Shown here: positions 1 through 13,599 of the stretch, piece after piece
Numbering within the stretch: the first letter of the stretch is position 1
Layout: the number at the start of each line of letters is the position of its first letter
From: Euprymna scolopes
Taxonomy: Eukaryota
Reading direction: 5' to 3' (one strand)
Length of the DNA: 64,000 nt
NCBI GenBank assembly: GCA_053919585.1
Contig: CM132786.1
Made by a program: the position numbers and the translations under genes
Notes under the pieces: model-generated
The model's database searches: none
Seen by the model: only the letters and a program-made list of their open reading frames with translations
Told to the model about the DNA's origin: nothing

Positions 1-85
1 TGAATGAGAACCAACAAATGTTCGACACTTTTAATACTTTGTTATCATGGAAATCCGTGAACTACCACATTTTTAATCAAATTTA

Positions 86-1375
86 CGAGGGGCGTGCAAT
101 AAGTAATGCCCCTGACTAACTTTCAATTTTCTGATCTAGCTGATATTTTTCATGTGCAATGATTTATATCTCTACGGGTTTTGTGGCCAATTACAGCTCA
201 GAATTAATTGTGGTTTCTGTTTTACAGGTGGTTGAACTGAGTCCGGTGTTAAATCGAGCATGTTGAATGTCGAGCAGTGATCCGGTTTTTGTATTTGTAA
301 GGACGCACACCACAGGAAACTTTTGATGAAATGAAAGAAACTTATGGTGATAATGCTCCATCACATGTCCTTGTAAACTGCTGGCATCGTGTATTCAAAC
401 ATGGCTGGAAGTATGTGGAAACAGCTCCCAGACCTGGTCGCCCCTCTTCTGCCATTGATGAGGCATCTGTCCGTCAAGTTCAGGCTGCCATTTTGGGAGA
501 TCAGCGCATTTATATTCGCCAAATGGCCCAATATGTCAAGATTAGTACAGGGTCTATGGAAACTATCATTCGTGACCATTTGCATATGCATAAGGTGTCT
601 ACCAGATGGATTCCCAGGTTGCTCACACCATTCCAGAAGCGAAAACGCGTCGATTGCTCGAAGATGAATTTGGAGATGTGCCAAGAAGATGAGTCAGCGT
701 TTTTCAAAAGACTGATTTCACAGGATGAAATCTGGGTCCATCACTATGATCCAGAGACCAAAGCCCATCAATGCAGTGGAAGCACTTGGACTCACCACGT
801 CCAAAGAAGGCAAGGGGGCAACCCTCCTCTGGCAAGGTCATGCTCACAGTTTTCTGGGACCAAGACGGACTAGTGATGACAGATTTTCTGGCAAAGGGTA
901 CAACAATTAGAAGAGCCTTTCATGCTTCACTTTTGAGGAAATTAAGGGAAGCTATCGAAATCAAGAGGCGGGCAAGATCAACAAAGGTACCCTTCTCCTG
1001 CAGGACAACGCTCCGCTCCACAACTCGAATTTCGCCGGATCAGAAGCATGGACATGTGGTTATGAACCCCTCCCCCTCATCCCTACTCTCCTGACCTTGC
1101 ACCCCCTGACTTTCCCCTCTTCCCAGCCATGAAGTTGGTTTTTGAAAGTAAAGCGTTTCCCAGATGATGCAGCCTTGCTTTCTGAAGTCACGTCGTGGTT
1201 GGAGGATTAACGGTTGGTATTCTACAAAAACGGTCTCCAGAGCTGCATTAAACTATAGGAGAAATGCATAATTCTGGATGGTTCCTATGTAGAGAAAGAC
1301 TAATAACTGTGCCAAGTTTCGTTGCTCTACTGCCATGGGAAGTTGGTCAGGAGCATTGCTTATTGCACCCCCTCG
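86..1375 (+). mobile_element. Mariner (DD34D) DNA transposon, full length (~1.29 kb), transposase frameshifted
   Basis: ~35-bp TIRs (cgaggggcgtgcaataagtaatgcccctgac / gtcaggagcattgcttattgcaccccctcg) flanked by TA at 84-85 and 1376-1377. Transposase motifs PRPGRP, WIPRLL, QDEIWVHHYDPETK, GKVMLTVFWD, QDNA and PYSPDLAPPDF are spread over several frames. Confidence 0.96.
331..1256 (+). pseudogene. Mariner transposase pseudogene
   Basis: ORFs 331-873 and 771-1094 plus downstream YSPDLAP(P)DF at ~1083-1112; several frameshifts and stops. End coordinate is approximate. Confidence 0.92.
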
Positions 1376-2997
1376 TATTAATTGATTGCTCTTGTCGGTA
1401 ATCCATTGCGGTGTACCTGGGTAAAGATCAATAATCCTCCCCGCAGTATCTTTGCTCACAATACTTTATAGTTAAAATTACAATGTATAGAACATACTGG
1501 TTATTTTATAAAATGATTTTTATATAATAGCTTTAATTAATGTTTATAAGTTCACGCACCTGAAACAAAAAAAAAATCATTTCGAACTCGCCCATGTCTT
1601 ATATATAAAAATAAACTACAGCTGATTTTATACTCTTACTTATTCTGTGTGTGCAGTGATAAAACTTCCTAACTAAATTTGTAATCGGATTTTTGTTATT
1701 GTTTTAATGGAAGCATTCTTCTACAAAATTTATTTAAGACATCTTAAGACAAACACATGAATTATATTTGTGTGAAATCCCCCCCTGAAAAAAAGACCGT
1801 CCCTCAGTGCATGGAAACGATCTTACACACGTGATACATACACACACACACACACACACACAACACACGTGAGACAAAGTACCTGTTATATAAAAGTACA
1901 TAAAATCATGAATAATATACGATATATTCGTTGAACTAAGTGCAATGGAATTTGAAGGGGTGGCTTGAATTTTGAACATATTTCTCGATTAAAGAATCTG
2001 TAACTGCGGGTGAATATATTGAATTCGGTAGAAATCTCTATCCCCAGAAGAAAAGATAAAATTGTAAAAAAATATAATCTTCTTACATCCCCAAATTATT
2101 ATAATTTTCGGAAGTATATTTCTCAAGATAAAAGCTGAAAATTTAAATAAATCCTGTAACATTTAATAAAATCCTCTGGCCTAAACATTAAGCAATGTTG
2201 AATTTAATCTGCACTTGTATTAAACCATTGAAACTAAACAAACACGAGAATGAACTTTTATTTCTAACTGTGTTTAGCTGGTTTGTCGTCTGGAAGAATG
2301 ATACAACAATGGACGTTATCAATGAGCATTTACATGATGCGTGTTAAACGCTATACCATTAATTGCAAGTTCAGTAATTTAACACGCATGACGTCTCCGA
2401 ACATTGCATATCATTGTTCTAAACTTACAAATAGTTTAATAAAAGTATTTCTTTTCGTATTGGATTTTTTAAAAAATTGCTTAAAGAAACATTTTAAAAT
2501 TGGTGAAGAATAATTCACTAATCGAATACAGATTTCAGCATCTTAATTTATGCTTTTTAATATAATATCCTCTCATATTGCGGTTCTTTTATTTCCTTAT
2601 ATTTGTATTGTTTTGTTTTGTTTTGTGTTTGCCTTTTGTCATTACATTAATGTCATCTTAGTTTCCTTTTTGTTTCTCTTTTTTGTGACCTAGCTTTTAT
2701 ATTTTTCTTTAATATTTTATATCTTAATTTTATTTCTCCTCTAATGTTGTTCTCCTTTTTTCTCACTTCTTCTATTCTTTATCTTTATTGCTATGTACTT
2801 AAATGGCTGAGTGTTTATGCACATTTTCAGGACCATGAATATCAGCATCGAAAAGTTTCTCTTGTTTAACTTTTCTAATTTTTTAATCCAACTTTTCACA
2901 TCTTAATTGAAATGCAATTGATTCTGCATTAAAAATGTATTTCAGTCTGAGCGAAAACTATATTACTTTTCATATTTTTGTACTGCTAATTTCGAGG

Positions 2998-3273
2998 TGT
3001 TACATAGCGCAGATGGTCATATGAAAAAGCCGTGCGCGAAATGACATGACGGCAAGGAAAAAATAATAAAAAGAGAAAGCAAGTTTCGGAAGACGATCAC
3101 GTTAGAGACGTGTATGACGTACGAGAACAATTTACGCAGACGATTAAGAGATAAACCTCAGAGAAGTAACGAGAAATTGCGTCGCATGAGAACGAGGAAG
3201 TAATGTCGGTATGCCACAACATAACGAGTTGAAGTCGTTCCAATTTTTTGTGTTCTTTGCGACTAAAGTTACA
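2998..3273. mobile_element. Possible solo LTR
   Basis: CpG-rich 276-bp island bounded by TGTTAC...GTTACA; no TSD found. Confidence 0.3.
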
Positions 3274-3834
3274 ACCTGTTGAGGGATGTATACTAAGTAT
3301 TGTTTGGTTGATATGTTTTCTGGCGTATGAATCTTTCAGGTTTTAACGTTAATCAAGTAATTTTGTAAAGAAAAACCCAACTTTTTTATGTTTCAAGTTT
3401 GTTACATCTTTAATTATGTATTCATACTGTTTGGTTTAGGTGCCTTGAAAAAGAGTAATTCTTTATTTATTCTTCTCTTTATAGATTGTGATTGAATTTT
3501 CGAAAGGAATAAAAAAAATAATATGAAGTTAAGGTCGCAAAGCCATTGACTTCAGACAGCCTGATCTGATAATACTAGGTAATTCAAATTATAATCATAA
3601 TCTTGGTCGTTATATAGGCTTCGACTTTTTTCACACCAATCTTAAGAAACCTGTTAATCAGTCGAATTCAGAAAATTTTATATCACTCTCTGTTATTTGA
3701 ACCAGTTTTATAAATGAACACTCATCTAATACATATTGGTAGACTGTTCTCATCCTGCAAGACATGGATAATGTAAGACGTGCTACTTTTAGTGTATTCC
3801 TGGCACATTATATCCGTATGGGTTGAACACAGCC

Positions 3835-5047
3835 TTCACTTACTGAACGAATATACCATTCACTTCACAAAGCATGGGAGGTAGAGCGGTAGCTCCAGAT
3901 ATATCTAAGGCTTTTTACAGGAAAATCAGAGCATATAAACTGGACGAATATTTAACAGTTAAATCCTTCTTAGATAAGAGAAAAACCCAGGTTGTCCTCG
4001 ATGATCGTACATCTAAAAAATATAATACAAATGCGGGAGTGCCTCAGGGGTCTTTCCTTGGATCTTTATTATTCCTTATATTCATAAATGGCCTCCCTGA
4101 TAAAATTGTTTCTGACATGACTATATATGCTGATGACACCACGCTCTATAACAGGCACCACAGGAAAACAAATGAACACATATCTAAGGAAATGGTAGAG
4201 ACAGTAGAATATGACCTCAAATCTGTAGTGGAATTGGAACAAAAATGGATGGTCACATTCAATGCTGCCAGGACTAAGCTTATTTCCCTGAATAATTACA
4301 AGAAACATTCTCTACCATCAATAGCAATGGCCAATTATTCATTATCTGAAAGTACTTCTTTTAAACTCCACGGCCTAACGTTCACAGGAAACATGCGCTA
4401 GAACAATTACATTAAGAGCATTGCAAGGACTGCCGCGAAGAAGGTAGTCTCTCTCTACCGTGCTAGAAAGCTACTAACGCCCGAAAGTATCCTGCACCTC
4501 TAAAATGCCACCATTCGCCCATGTAGGGGTATTGTCGCCATATTTGGGCTGGTGCATCTGCTACTAATCTCTCGCTTATAGACATGTTCCAAAAGAGAGG
4601 ATCCAACCTGATAGGTCATGAACTGTCATCTAAGTTCAGCCTCTGTCCCATCAACGAATTGCACCCCTCTGCCTGTTCTACAAATACTTTAACAGTGAAT
4701 GCTCCGACGAACTGCAAGTACTTGTGCCCCCACGACGTAAATACCCCTGACAAACCGGACAAGGAGCTAAATCCCACTCCTACACAGTAGAGCTCCGTAG
4801 ATGTAAGAGAGCTTTCTACTCCAGTAGTTTCTACCGCAGAAACGATAGACTTTGAAATTCCTTTCCGGTTCTCTGCTTCCCCAACTGTATTGACATGCAG
4901 AAGTTCAAGTGTAACGTGAACCTTCATCTTGCTGCCCAACTCCATACATAGTACCCCAGTAGCTTGTGTCCGTGATTGTAGCTCCCCTACACTAAAGTGG
5001 CAATGCACCTTGTTTGGGGTGAAAATGGAATAAAAATAAAAATAAAA
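3835..5047 (+). mobile_element. 5'-truncated non-LTR retrotransposon (CR1/L2/Jockey-group LINE): RT and C-terminal region
   Basis: ORF 3874-4401 has DISKAF, GVPQGSFLGSLLFLIFINGLP, YADDTTLY and WMVTFNAARTK. Degenerate C-terminus follows, ending in an A-rich (TAAAAA)n tail at ~5030-5047. Confidence 0.9.
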
Positions 5048-5193
5048 CTTTAAGAATCCGATTAGATTCTCGAGTTCGATATAATAATTTCAATAATTTT
5101 AATAAGGACATTAATTTACATATTGTGTTGTAACGTTTTAGAAGTATAGGATCATACATATTACTCTCGTGTCTGTACTAATACTTATTGGGG

Positions 5194-5840
5194 CCAGCTA
5201 TGAATAAATTACAAAAGTGTATGCACTAATACTAATGTAAACCAGCTATGAATAAATTACAAAAGTGTATGCACTAATACTAATGTAAACCAGCTATGAA
5301 TAAATTACAAAAGTGTATGCACTAATACTAATGTAAACCAGCTATGAATAAATTACAAAAGTGTATGCACTAATACTAATGTAAACCAGCTATGAATAAA
5401 TTACAAAAGTGTATGCACTAATACTAATGTAAACCAGCTATGAATAAATTACAAAAGTGTATGCACTAATACTAATGTAAACCAGCTATGAATAAATTAC
5501 AAAAGTGTATGCACTAATACTAATGTAAACCAGCTATGAATAAATTACAAAAGTGTATGCACTAATACTAATGTAAACCAGCTATGAATAAATTACAAAA
5601 GTGTATGCACTAATACTAATGTAAACCAGCTATGAATAAATTACAAAAGTGTATGCACTAATACTAATGTAAACCAGCTATGAATAAATTACAAAAGTGT
5701 ATGCACTAATACTAATGTAAACCAGCTATGAATAAATTACAAAAGTGTATGCACTAATACTAATGTAAACCAGCTATGAATAAATTACAAAAGTGTATGC
5801 ACTAATACTAATGTAAACCAGCTATGAATAAATTACAAAA
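5194..5840. repeat. 48-bp tandem repeat, ~13.5 identical units
   Basis: Unit ccagctatgaataaattacaaaagtgtatgcactaatactaatgtaaa; the sequence recurs exactly every 240 nt (5 x 48). Confidence 0.98.
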
Positions 5841-6199
5841 TATGATGAAATCACACAAAAACATATTTACAAAATATTCGAGATTTATTAGAAAACTACA
5901 GAAACCAATGCAAACCTCTTTCATTTTATGTAATTCTGTAACACTTACATATGAATATTTTTATGAAATAAGATTAAAATAACACGATAAAGTAGTCCCA
6001 TACATCCATAATGAATTGTTAAGACAATCCTGCATAGAACTGCACAGTACGGAAACACTGGAGTTTAAAGAAAAATGAATTGTTAGCCAAAAACATATTA
6101 TAGAAAAAAATGCGAGCAGTAAGTAACGCATGCAGGAAGGAAATAAATAGATAATTCTAATGAAAAATGGTTACTTTGTAATTTGAAATGCCAAAATCT

Positions 6200-7130
6200 C
6201 TCCATCACGCATTATGAAACATAGATTCTAATTTTCTACGAATACATTTTGTACGTTCTTACAAATATATTTGGAAATAGTGGCATTCGTTTATATAGAG
6301 ATGTGTATTATCAATACCCACTTACTTTAAATAAACGGTGAAGACTTAGGAAAATTATATCTAAGATATAATGTCAACTACATATATGGGCTATCAAAAT
6401 CCAATCATTTTCTATTACAAAAATCAAATTCTGTCCAGTCTACAAGTAATAATAGCTGTACTGTTAAAAAGGCAATTCATGCACCGTCCATAAGACAGTT
6501 CTAAATTGGAAGTAAGTGAAAGATTAATATGAAAGTATGCAGAGGACCAAATCCGTAACTATAAAATAAAAGTAAAAAACAAAAAAAAACAACAAATTAT
6601 AAACATAAACCAACAAACTTGCAGAGATTAGAGTACAAACACACATCAAAAACTTAAAAAGTAATTGAACGCTGTCAATAGAATAAAAGCAATCAAATTA
6701 TATCGAATTTACACCATTAAACATTACTCCACAGCTTACATTCATTTTCTCTTGTCCTCGAATGGCCTTCAGGTCTTGGCAGATAGGGGCTCATCCAAAA
6801 TATAGAAATGTAGAAATATGATTCATACAGAAAGATTAAATAAGAAACACGCGGAAATAAAAAACACTCATTAGCAGCAAAAGAAGGCATAATGAGAAAC
6901 GGAGCACTATTTCAAACTGGATCTTACGAAAGAACTAAATACAATTTTTATAAGAATATGAATACATGAATAGCAAGCAGATCAGATAGACACAAACACT
7001 TCTAAAGCAGGATACGAAAAGCGGATAACACCACAATATCAATAGCGAATATCTGGAAAACCTGAAAGCAGAGATTTAGTAAATTTTCTAGAAACAGAAT
7101 CCGAAATAAACGACGAAATTGTCATGACAA
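6200..7130 (+). mobile_element. Highly degenerate Penelope-like retroelement relic
   Basis: EYILYVLTNIFGNSGIRLYRD (~6240-6302) resembles the Penelope RT IGLYRDD region; an SNH-like motif lies at ~6400. Confidence 0.4.
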
Positions 7131-7585
7131 CGCTATGAAACGACAGACTTACATAAAGAGGATACTGCAAAACCTTACGATTTATTCATGAAACAGATGT
7201 TTCAGAATTTATGAACAAAGAGAAAAGCAGATTAATACAAAACTACCACGAAAAGGAAACGATATTAACTGACTACAGTCACGTGTCAAATTTTAACAGT
7301 GCAACTGAGAAAATATGTACAATTCTTCCAATTATAGTTTGTTAATCCTCGTGCAACAGAAAAGAGGGACATATTACTTTTTATACATATATATTAAAAA
7401 TATGAGCTTAGAAAACTACATAACGACTGAATATGGATAATTATAATGGCGGATGGTCATTATATATATAACTGTAATGTATAATAAAGATAAACGAATT
7501 AACTAAAAATAAATTATAACACAATGCATTTATATCGGAGGGAACATTGTGTCACGAGGAAGAAAAAAAAACACTGCGATACATA

Positions 7586-7761
7586 CAGGGTGACCCCAAA
7601 AAAACAAAAGCTAAATGGACGCCATCTAGAACATATGCTGTAGAACGCAGAAAAAAGGCCAAAGACTCTCATGTTTTAATGTGATGTTTTGAATATAATA
7701 AACTAATTATGACGAAACCTTCATTTCATTGAGTTGGGACCCGTTTTTTTGAGTCACCCTG
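7586..7761. mobile_element. Tc1/mariner-type MITE (176 bp)
   Basis: TIRs cagggtgacccc-aaaaaa / tttttt-gagtcaccctg with TA on both sides. Confidence 0.85.
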
Positions 7762-10646
7762 TATTAACAATGATTTCCATAGTTTTTGTAGGTTTTTGTT
7801 AACTTTGTCTCAATTATTTCCGGTGATTATCATTGAGTACACGCTTGATTTTAATATTAAAAAAGAAATTTAAGTATTTTTCATGACTGTAATAGACGGG
7901 ATGAATTTGTAATGAAAGCGTTCTAATAAATACAAATCAAATTTTTTTCTACGTTAATTTTTAATACTGCCCCTAGCTATTTAATATTTCCTTTTTTTTG
8001 TTGGTAAGGCGTATACAATTATTTCCAAGGTATTTTAGTAATGTGAAAGCTTAGCGTGTAATCTGTGTAAAATTGAAAAGGAAAAAATCTAAATTTTAAC
8101 CTGCATGAAGTGGCCAAATTATTCACTGTAGTAGAACGTTATATTTCCAATTTTAAGTATGTAAGCGCTGATAATCGCCTTACGATTTACGAATAAATGA
8201 AAAGAAAAATAAATTGTAGCGACAGCACTGTTCACGTCCACCAATTCTCCTGTTTTTAAAAGTATTTTGAAATCTGAAAGTCATGTGTGTTTTAAAGGTT
8301 CTAAAAGGGGAAACGTGTTCAATAGCTAACCCTCATTCGGTTGCCAACCTATGCTAAATATTTGAAACTAAATATTTCAGAAAAAAGGCGAAAAAGGCCA
8401 AATTGAGAAGTATAGTCATATCTTTACATTCCAAAAGCCAAATTGAAAAGAAAACAAAGTTTTTGTGCGTCAATATATAAACATCTATGTATTTTACATG
8501 TCATTACTGTGATTTTTGTGTGCTTCTGTAGAGTGGTGATGATTTAAACCGACGCATTTAATATATTTATATTTAAAATAGTTTACATTAAAAATAATCG
8601 CGTCCTTTATTACAAGTAATTCTGAAGAAAAATTACGAAATTATATTATAAGAAATTTGTTGCGCGAATAAAATTGTTGACAAAAAATGCGTACGTTTTA
8701 TAACGTTCTGTATTTTTGGCACAATAATAACAAACGCAAATATTTGGGAACTAATTACTTCAATTTAGTTCAGAGTTAACATTTTGAATGTTGCCATATT
8801 CCCTGTATTAGCATTAATAATGGTTTTGAATACTAAACTTATTGTTTCTCGTTGCCTTTCACATTCACCTTAATTTAACGACATTTGTAGATTTTTCGGG
8901 TAATCTGTAAACGAATAACATCAAAAATCCTGACTGAAAAATAGTCTTTCCATAAACGAACATGCGTTGTTTTGCTTACCGTCAGAATGCATAACGTTAT
9001 TTCATTAAAATATATTTGTCGGCGACAATTTACATGCAATATTTATTATCATAATACCTGAACAAATCGCATGGAAAAGATAAGACAATTAACAGATAAA
9101 CGCCCCTAATTTTAATTAATTTTGTGTTTTTAAGAGAAATCCTAATAGAAAAGATGACACTATTTGGAAACTAAACTCTTTCTAATACAAATACCTATAA
9201 AATGCGTCAGTTTGAAACATCACCAAGCTACAAGGAGTGTGTTTCATAGTAAAACCTTGATCGAAATGTCTGTGTAATATTTTTGTTGTTTAAACGAAGA
9301 CGTCGACAACGAAAAAGGAGATTCTTCTAGTGAATAGCATGCTTTAAAATTTTTAAACGAATGCAAATAAACGTGTTATTTAACATTCGTTTTATGATAA
9401 TCTCTTATATGTATTTTTCGCTCTCACTTGAACGAGATGAGCTATACATTAAATGAGCCTGTCGACGGGCGAATAAAATATGTCACTTTGTGACGTCATA
9501 TTAAAATGTAAGTAAGCGTTTTTTCCAAAGTGGACAGCTGGATTCCGAAATATGTGAATATTCAGAGCTCACTCAATTAGAATGTACGGACTTTAGCGAG
9601 AGAGCCTTTATTATTGTGAAATGGAAATTGTAAAGATTTAAATACGGTTATGTATGTATGAGCCAGTTACGGTCAGTGTAATCACAGAATCTGGTAGTAG
9701 TGGTTGGACTAAACATTTAGAGAGAAAAATGGGGACTCCTTCATCTAAAGATATTGCGATTGTAATAGTAATCCTTGATGAATACAATGTAGTATTTTAT
9801 TATGACGACTGAATGTGCCCTATATGGTGTTTGAGAGTTATAATAAGATAGTGGCTATTTGTCTAGATGTATTGAATTCGTATGTAGCATCTGTTGATGG
9901 CAATATACGATACATTGTTGGAGAAGAGAATTTCTGAAGTCATTTTATTATACACACACACACATATATGTGTGTGTGTATGCATATAAATATATGATGG
10001 TTTATTTGTGTATAAAGGCTCTATCAGTGACATACTTGAATTGTCATAAACGAGGTTGTGTCTCTTTTATACATACAAAGCCATTAATAAGGAAATAAGT
10101 TTTCTAGGATATTTGTTAACTGATATCTAATATATGTATTTACAATTACTAAACAATTGTGGGTATATGAATAATTAAGAATAGATACAGCTCAATTTAC
10201 TCTTTTTGCATTAAACAAGTTTAAATGGGACATACATCACATAAAACTATTGACCTCTAGAAGCAATGCCTAAATATTTGCAATGCTTGATTAATTAATG
10301 TATGATTGGATCCTGTAACTCGACATATAACAACACATAAATATGCTTTATAAAGATTGATATGGATGTAGATATAAATATAGATAAGTCTGGAATAGAT
10401 CAAACCACTCTTGTGTAATTATATACTTTTTTCCTCGTAATTCTTAGCGAATACTAATCAACTACTGCATGTGATTTAGTTGATATCGACATTTGCGTCT
10501 GTGCACTTTGGCAGTTTAATAGCGTAAAGTGTGTTATGGATGGAAATGCCTTAATTGGAGCTGCAAAAACGATGCTATTTTCGTATGCAAACTAGAGATT
10601 ACATTATTTAAAACAAAAGTTAGAAAATTCCACAGTATCGATTAGG

Positions 10647-10948
10647 AATAAATAGAATGTAAAAACATCTCTGCAGGCGACGGTTTGTTAAAATAAATGT
10701 TATTAACCGCACGAAATTAGTTACTTTTCTTGGGAAATATAGACATATTCCCAAGTTATGCTCAACTAATCAACTTTATATGACACATCCATTTTCTTAT
10801 TTTGGAGGGGGAGGATAACATTAGAGATAACTAAATAATGTGTTTATACATGGCGTATGTGATCTCACGGGTAATAGAAAATTGACTTCGCTTTTTTGGA
10901 AAAAACAAAGGTTTCCGTATAACAATGAGAACATTCGGCAGTCGTTAA

Positions 10949-11000
<52 letters not shown>

Positions 11001-11280
11001 TATATCACTTACATTCAATAATAGTAGCAAGATGTTCTGTATTCGAACAAATAAGTTACATTTAGAATCGTTAATCTAAACACTGAGACAACTGTGAGTA
11101 GGTTAAATAGCGTTCTATCTATAGATGAATTTCTATTATAATTAAATTAATTAAATATTATAAAAATAATATATTTTTTAAATATATAAAAATGTTTTAT
11201 CGTTGCTTAAAATATATTATTCATACTTATTTATCTATCTCGTTCTGTCTGTCTTTGTAGCTGTGTGTGTGTGTGTGTGT

Positions 11281-11348
<68 letters not shown>

Positions 11349-11912
11349 TGACCCAAGAAAACCGGACCCCAACTCAAATTAGGCCCCGTTTCTTAGTGTT
11401 TTGTCCGAATGAAATGAAACTTTGGTCATAACTAGTTTATTATATTCAAAACATCACATCAAAACACTAGGGTATTTGACTTTTTTTCTCCGTTCTACAG
11501 CATATGTTCTATATCGCCTCCATTTTCGATGAGCTAAATGTTATATTTTTAAGAAATTAATTATTTGAGGCTTTATCCTCAATTATATAGTACTAAGCCA
11601 TCTTTTAGGGAATACAGCAAGCAGATTTAGAGCGTCCAAGTTTCGGATCCAAACTAAAACACTAAGAGAATAACAAATTCACAAACTTGAATCCAACGTA
11701 ACAAGATTTCTTTGTTATTTCTTTGCAGAGAATGTTCTATTACTACTGAGCTCACATGCTAATCACATTATTCAGTCAGCTCTCTTAATATTTAGTCGAT
11801 TGGTTGAGCATAATATGGCAATATGTCTATATTTCTCAAGAAAAGTATCTAACTTCAGCGGTTAATAACATAGTTTATTTTAACAAACCGTCGCCGGCAT
11901 ATTCTATTTATT
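10647..11912. repeat. Inverted repeat pair (~125-bp arms: 10647-10775 and 11794-11912)
   Basis: ggcgacggtttgttaaaataaa...ttattaaccgc...gaaatatagacatatt matches the reverse complement of 11820-11896. Confidence 0.85.
11345..11527. mobile_element. Partial inverted copy of the 7586-7761 MITE family, next to a TA microsatellite
   Basis: Reverse complement matches 7613-7761 (e.g. gttctacagcatatgttcta, tttattatattcaaaacatcacat) and carries ~30 extra bp. Confidence 0.8.
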
Positions 11913-13038
11913 TGTGGAGTGTTTCACCAGCACGGGAATTTTACAACTTACCCTTGACCAATGCATGTCCTTAAGATACTGACTGAGGACTTTGTATCTT
12001 TCTGACACGTTAACTTTCACTGCCGAGCCGCTCGACTTTCATGTTACGGAGAATAAATTTATTGTCATTCATGTATGTTGTTTGTACAATGTGCATTTGA
12101 CTGACAACTGTTTCACCACTTCATATTTTTCATAAATCAAGTCCTGTTTGCTTGTACGAAGCTTGTGTACTTCAATCGATGATAGATAGACCACACATGT
12201 GGAAATCTCGCGCTATCCTTTAATGTTGCCCGTTATCTTAGTTTCATCGAAAGAATACTCTAGATTATTTCTGATCACTTCCCGTTTCCCACTGATTTTC
12301 AAACTAACTTTTGATTATATCCGTGTTTGTTTCAGAAAAGAATATGTCGGAACTACTGGTGATTGTCTCTTTTGGTAAAAGCGCTATCGGTCGCAGAGGA
12401 TGCTACACGTGTTGAATAGCGAATTCTGAATTGATTTGATTTCAACTACCTCTATACTTACCTTTGTTCCCGCTGTATTATATTAGAACTCTGTATGTAT
12501 ATAGTTTACTTTTAATATATAATTGGGGGTTTTACTTATAGCTTTTGCGAGGTTATTTAACATTGCTACCGTACCGGGCAGTCAACCAAGCTATGGTTCA
12601 GGGGACATCTATCAGAAGATGAGTGATTATATTAACGCTACAGAAGGGTTGTGGTCCGCGGATCAAAAAAATTAATAAAGTAACGTGTGTCCGAACCTAT
12701 CTCGCTGGACTTGTGGCCTTTTTTTTTTTGTTGAAGCAGAATAACCAGAATCCTCCATCAAACTGTGTCCTCGTGTAGACGATCAAGGGGAAGTTATTAT
12801 GAAAGGTTTTCCGGGTGACAAGAATAACTGTTGAACATTCTGAGGCGTTCCGTGATCGAAACAGCCTTAAGCCGAAGTCTTATAACTCTTCAGAGCATTC
12901 GTCGTGTTATATCTGCTCAAAATAGAGAACACTTCAACACTGAAGCTCAAAGTACAGACACGGTTATTTAAGGAATCAAAATAGCGTATCAAAATTATTA
13001 TGCAAAACATCTGATAGTGCATAATTTGCAAATTGAAT

Positions 13039-13124
13039 TTTGGATGGAATGTGTGGTTTGACACAATTTGGATGGGATGTGTGGTTTGACACAATTTGGA
13101 TGGGATGTGTGGTTGACAAAATTT
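13039..13124. repeat. 28-bp tandem repeat x3
   Basis: Unit tttggatgggatgtgtggtttgacacaa. Confidence 0.9.
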
Positions 13125-13599
13125 GTTATGTCCGCACAATAATGAATAATAGAATTATTATGATAAGATATCTTTTCAGATAGAATATAACATAGGAGTT
13201 GTGAAAAAACAACAACAACACCACAAAAACTCGACACAAAATAACATTATTGAACTGCCAGTATAATTCGCTTGGCAAATCGATCACTAATATTTCCTAA
13301 CAAAACTAAGCGAACGTAAACGGGACATCTATCTTGTAAAGTGTTTTGCAATTTGTAAATTGGAATCTTTATTTTTTGGAGTAGATTTCACATATCCAAA
13401 CAATAACGATTGTTACGCAAGGTCTTAGAGAAAACGTTTACTTCATCATTAAAACGAGGCTTTCACCAATCATTAAAACCCTATGTATGAGGGTTTTAAA
13501 TTAGTATTCTGTTTTTTGTTCTGACAAAAAGATCTGAAAACGTAGGTTTGCAATACACAGACGTGAAAACTTCTAAAGAAGTCTTAGAAACAATACAAT

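Noticed and set aside
5194-5840. CRISPR array
   Set aside because: Units are fully identical with no unique spacers, there are no cas genes, and the context is eukaryotic.
8335-8460. ggttgccaacc...aaaaaggccaaa, resembling a DNA transposon end
   Set aside because: No partner terminus or coding motif could be verified.
9700-9930. Possible minus-strand GIY-YIG relic
   Set aside because: Too degenerate to support by eye.
12440-12500. Perfect minus-strand donor AAG|GTAAGT
   Set aside because: No supporting acceptor, ORF or homology; expected by chance.
12836-12875. CTGAGGC...GAAACAGCCTTA hammerhead-like string
   Set aside because: Core A is missing and stems I-III are all mismatched.
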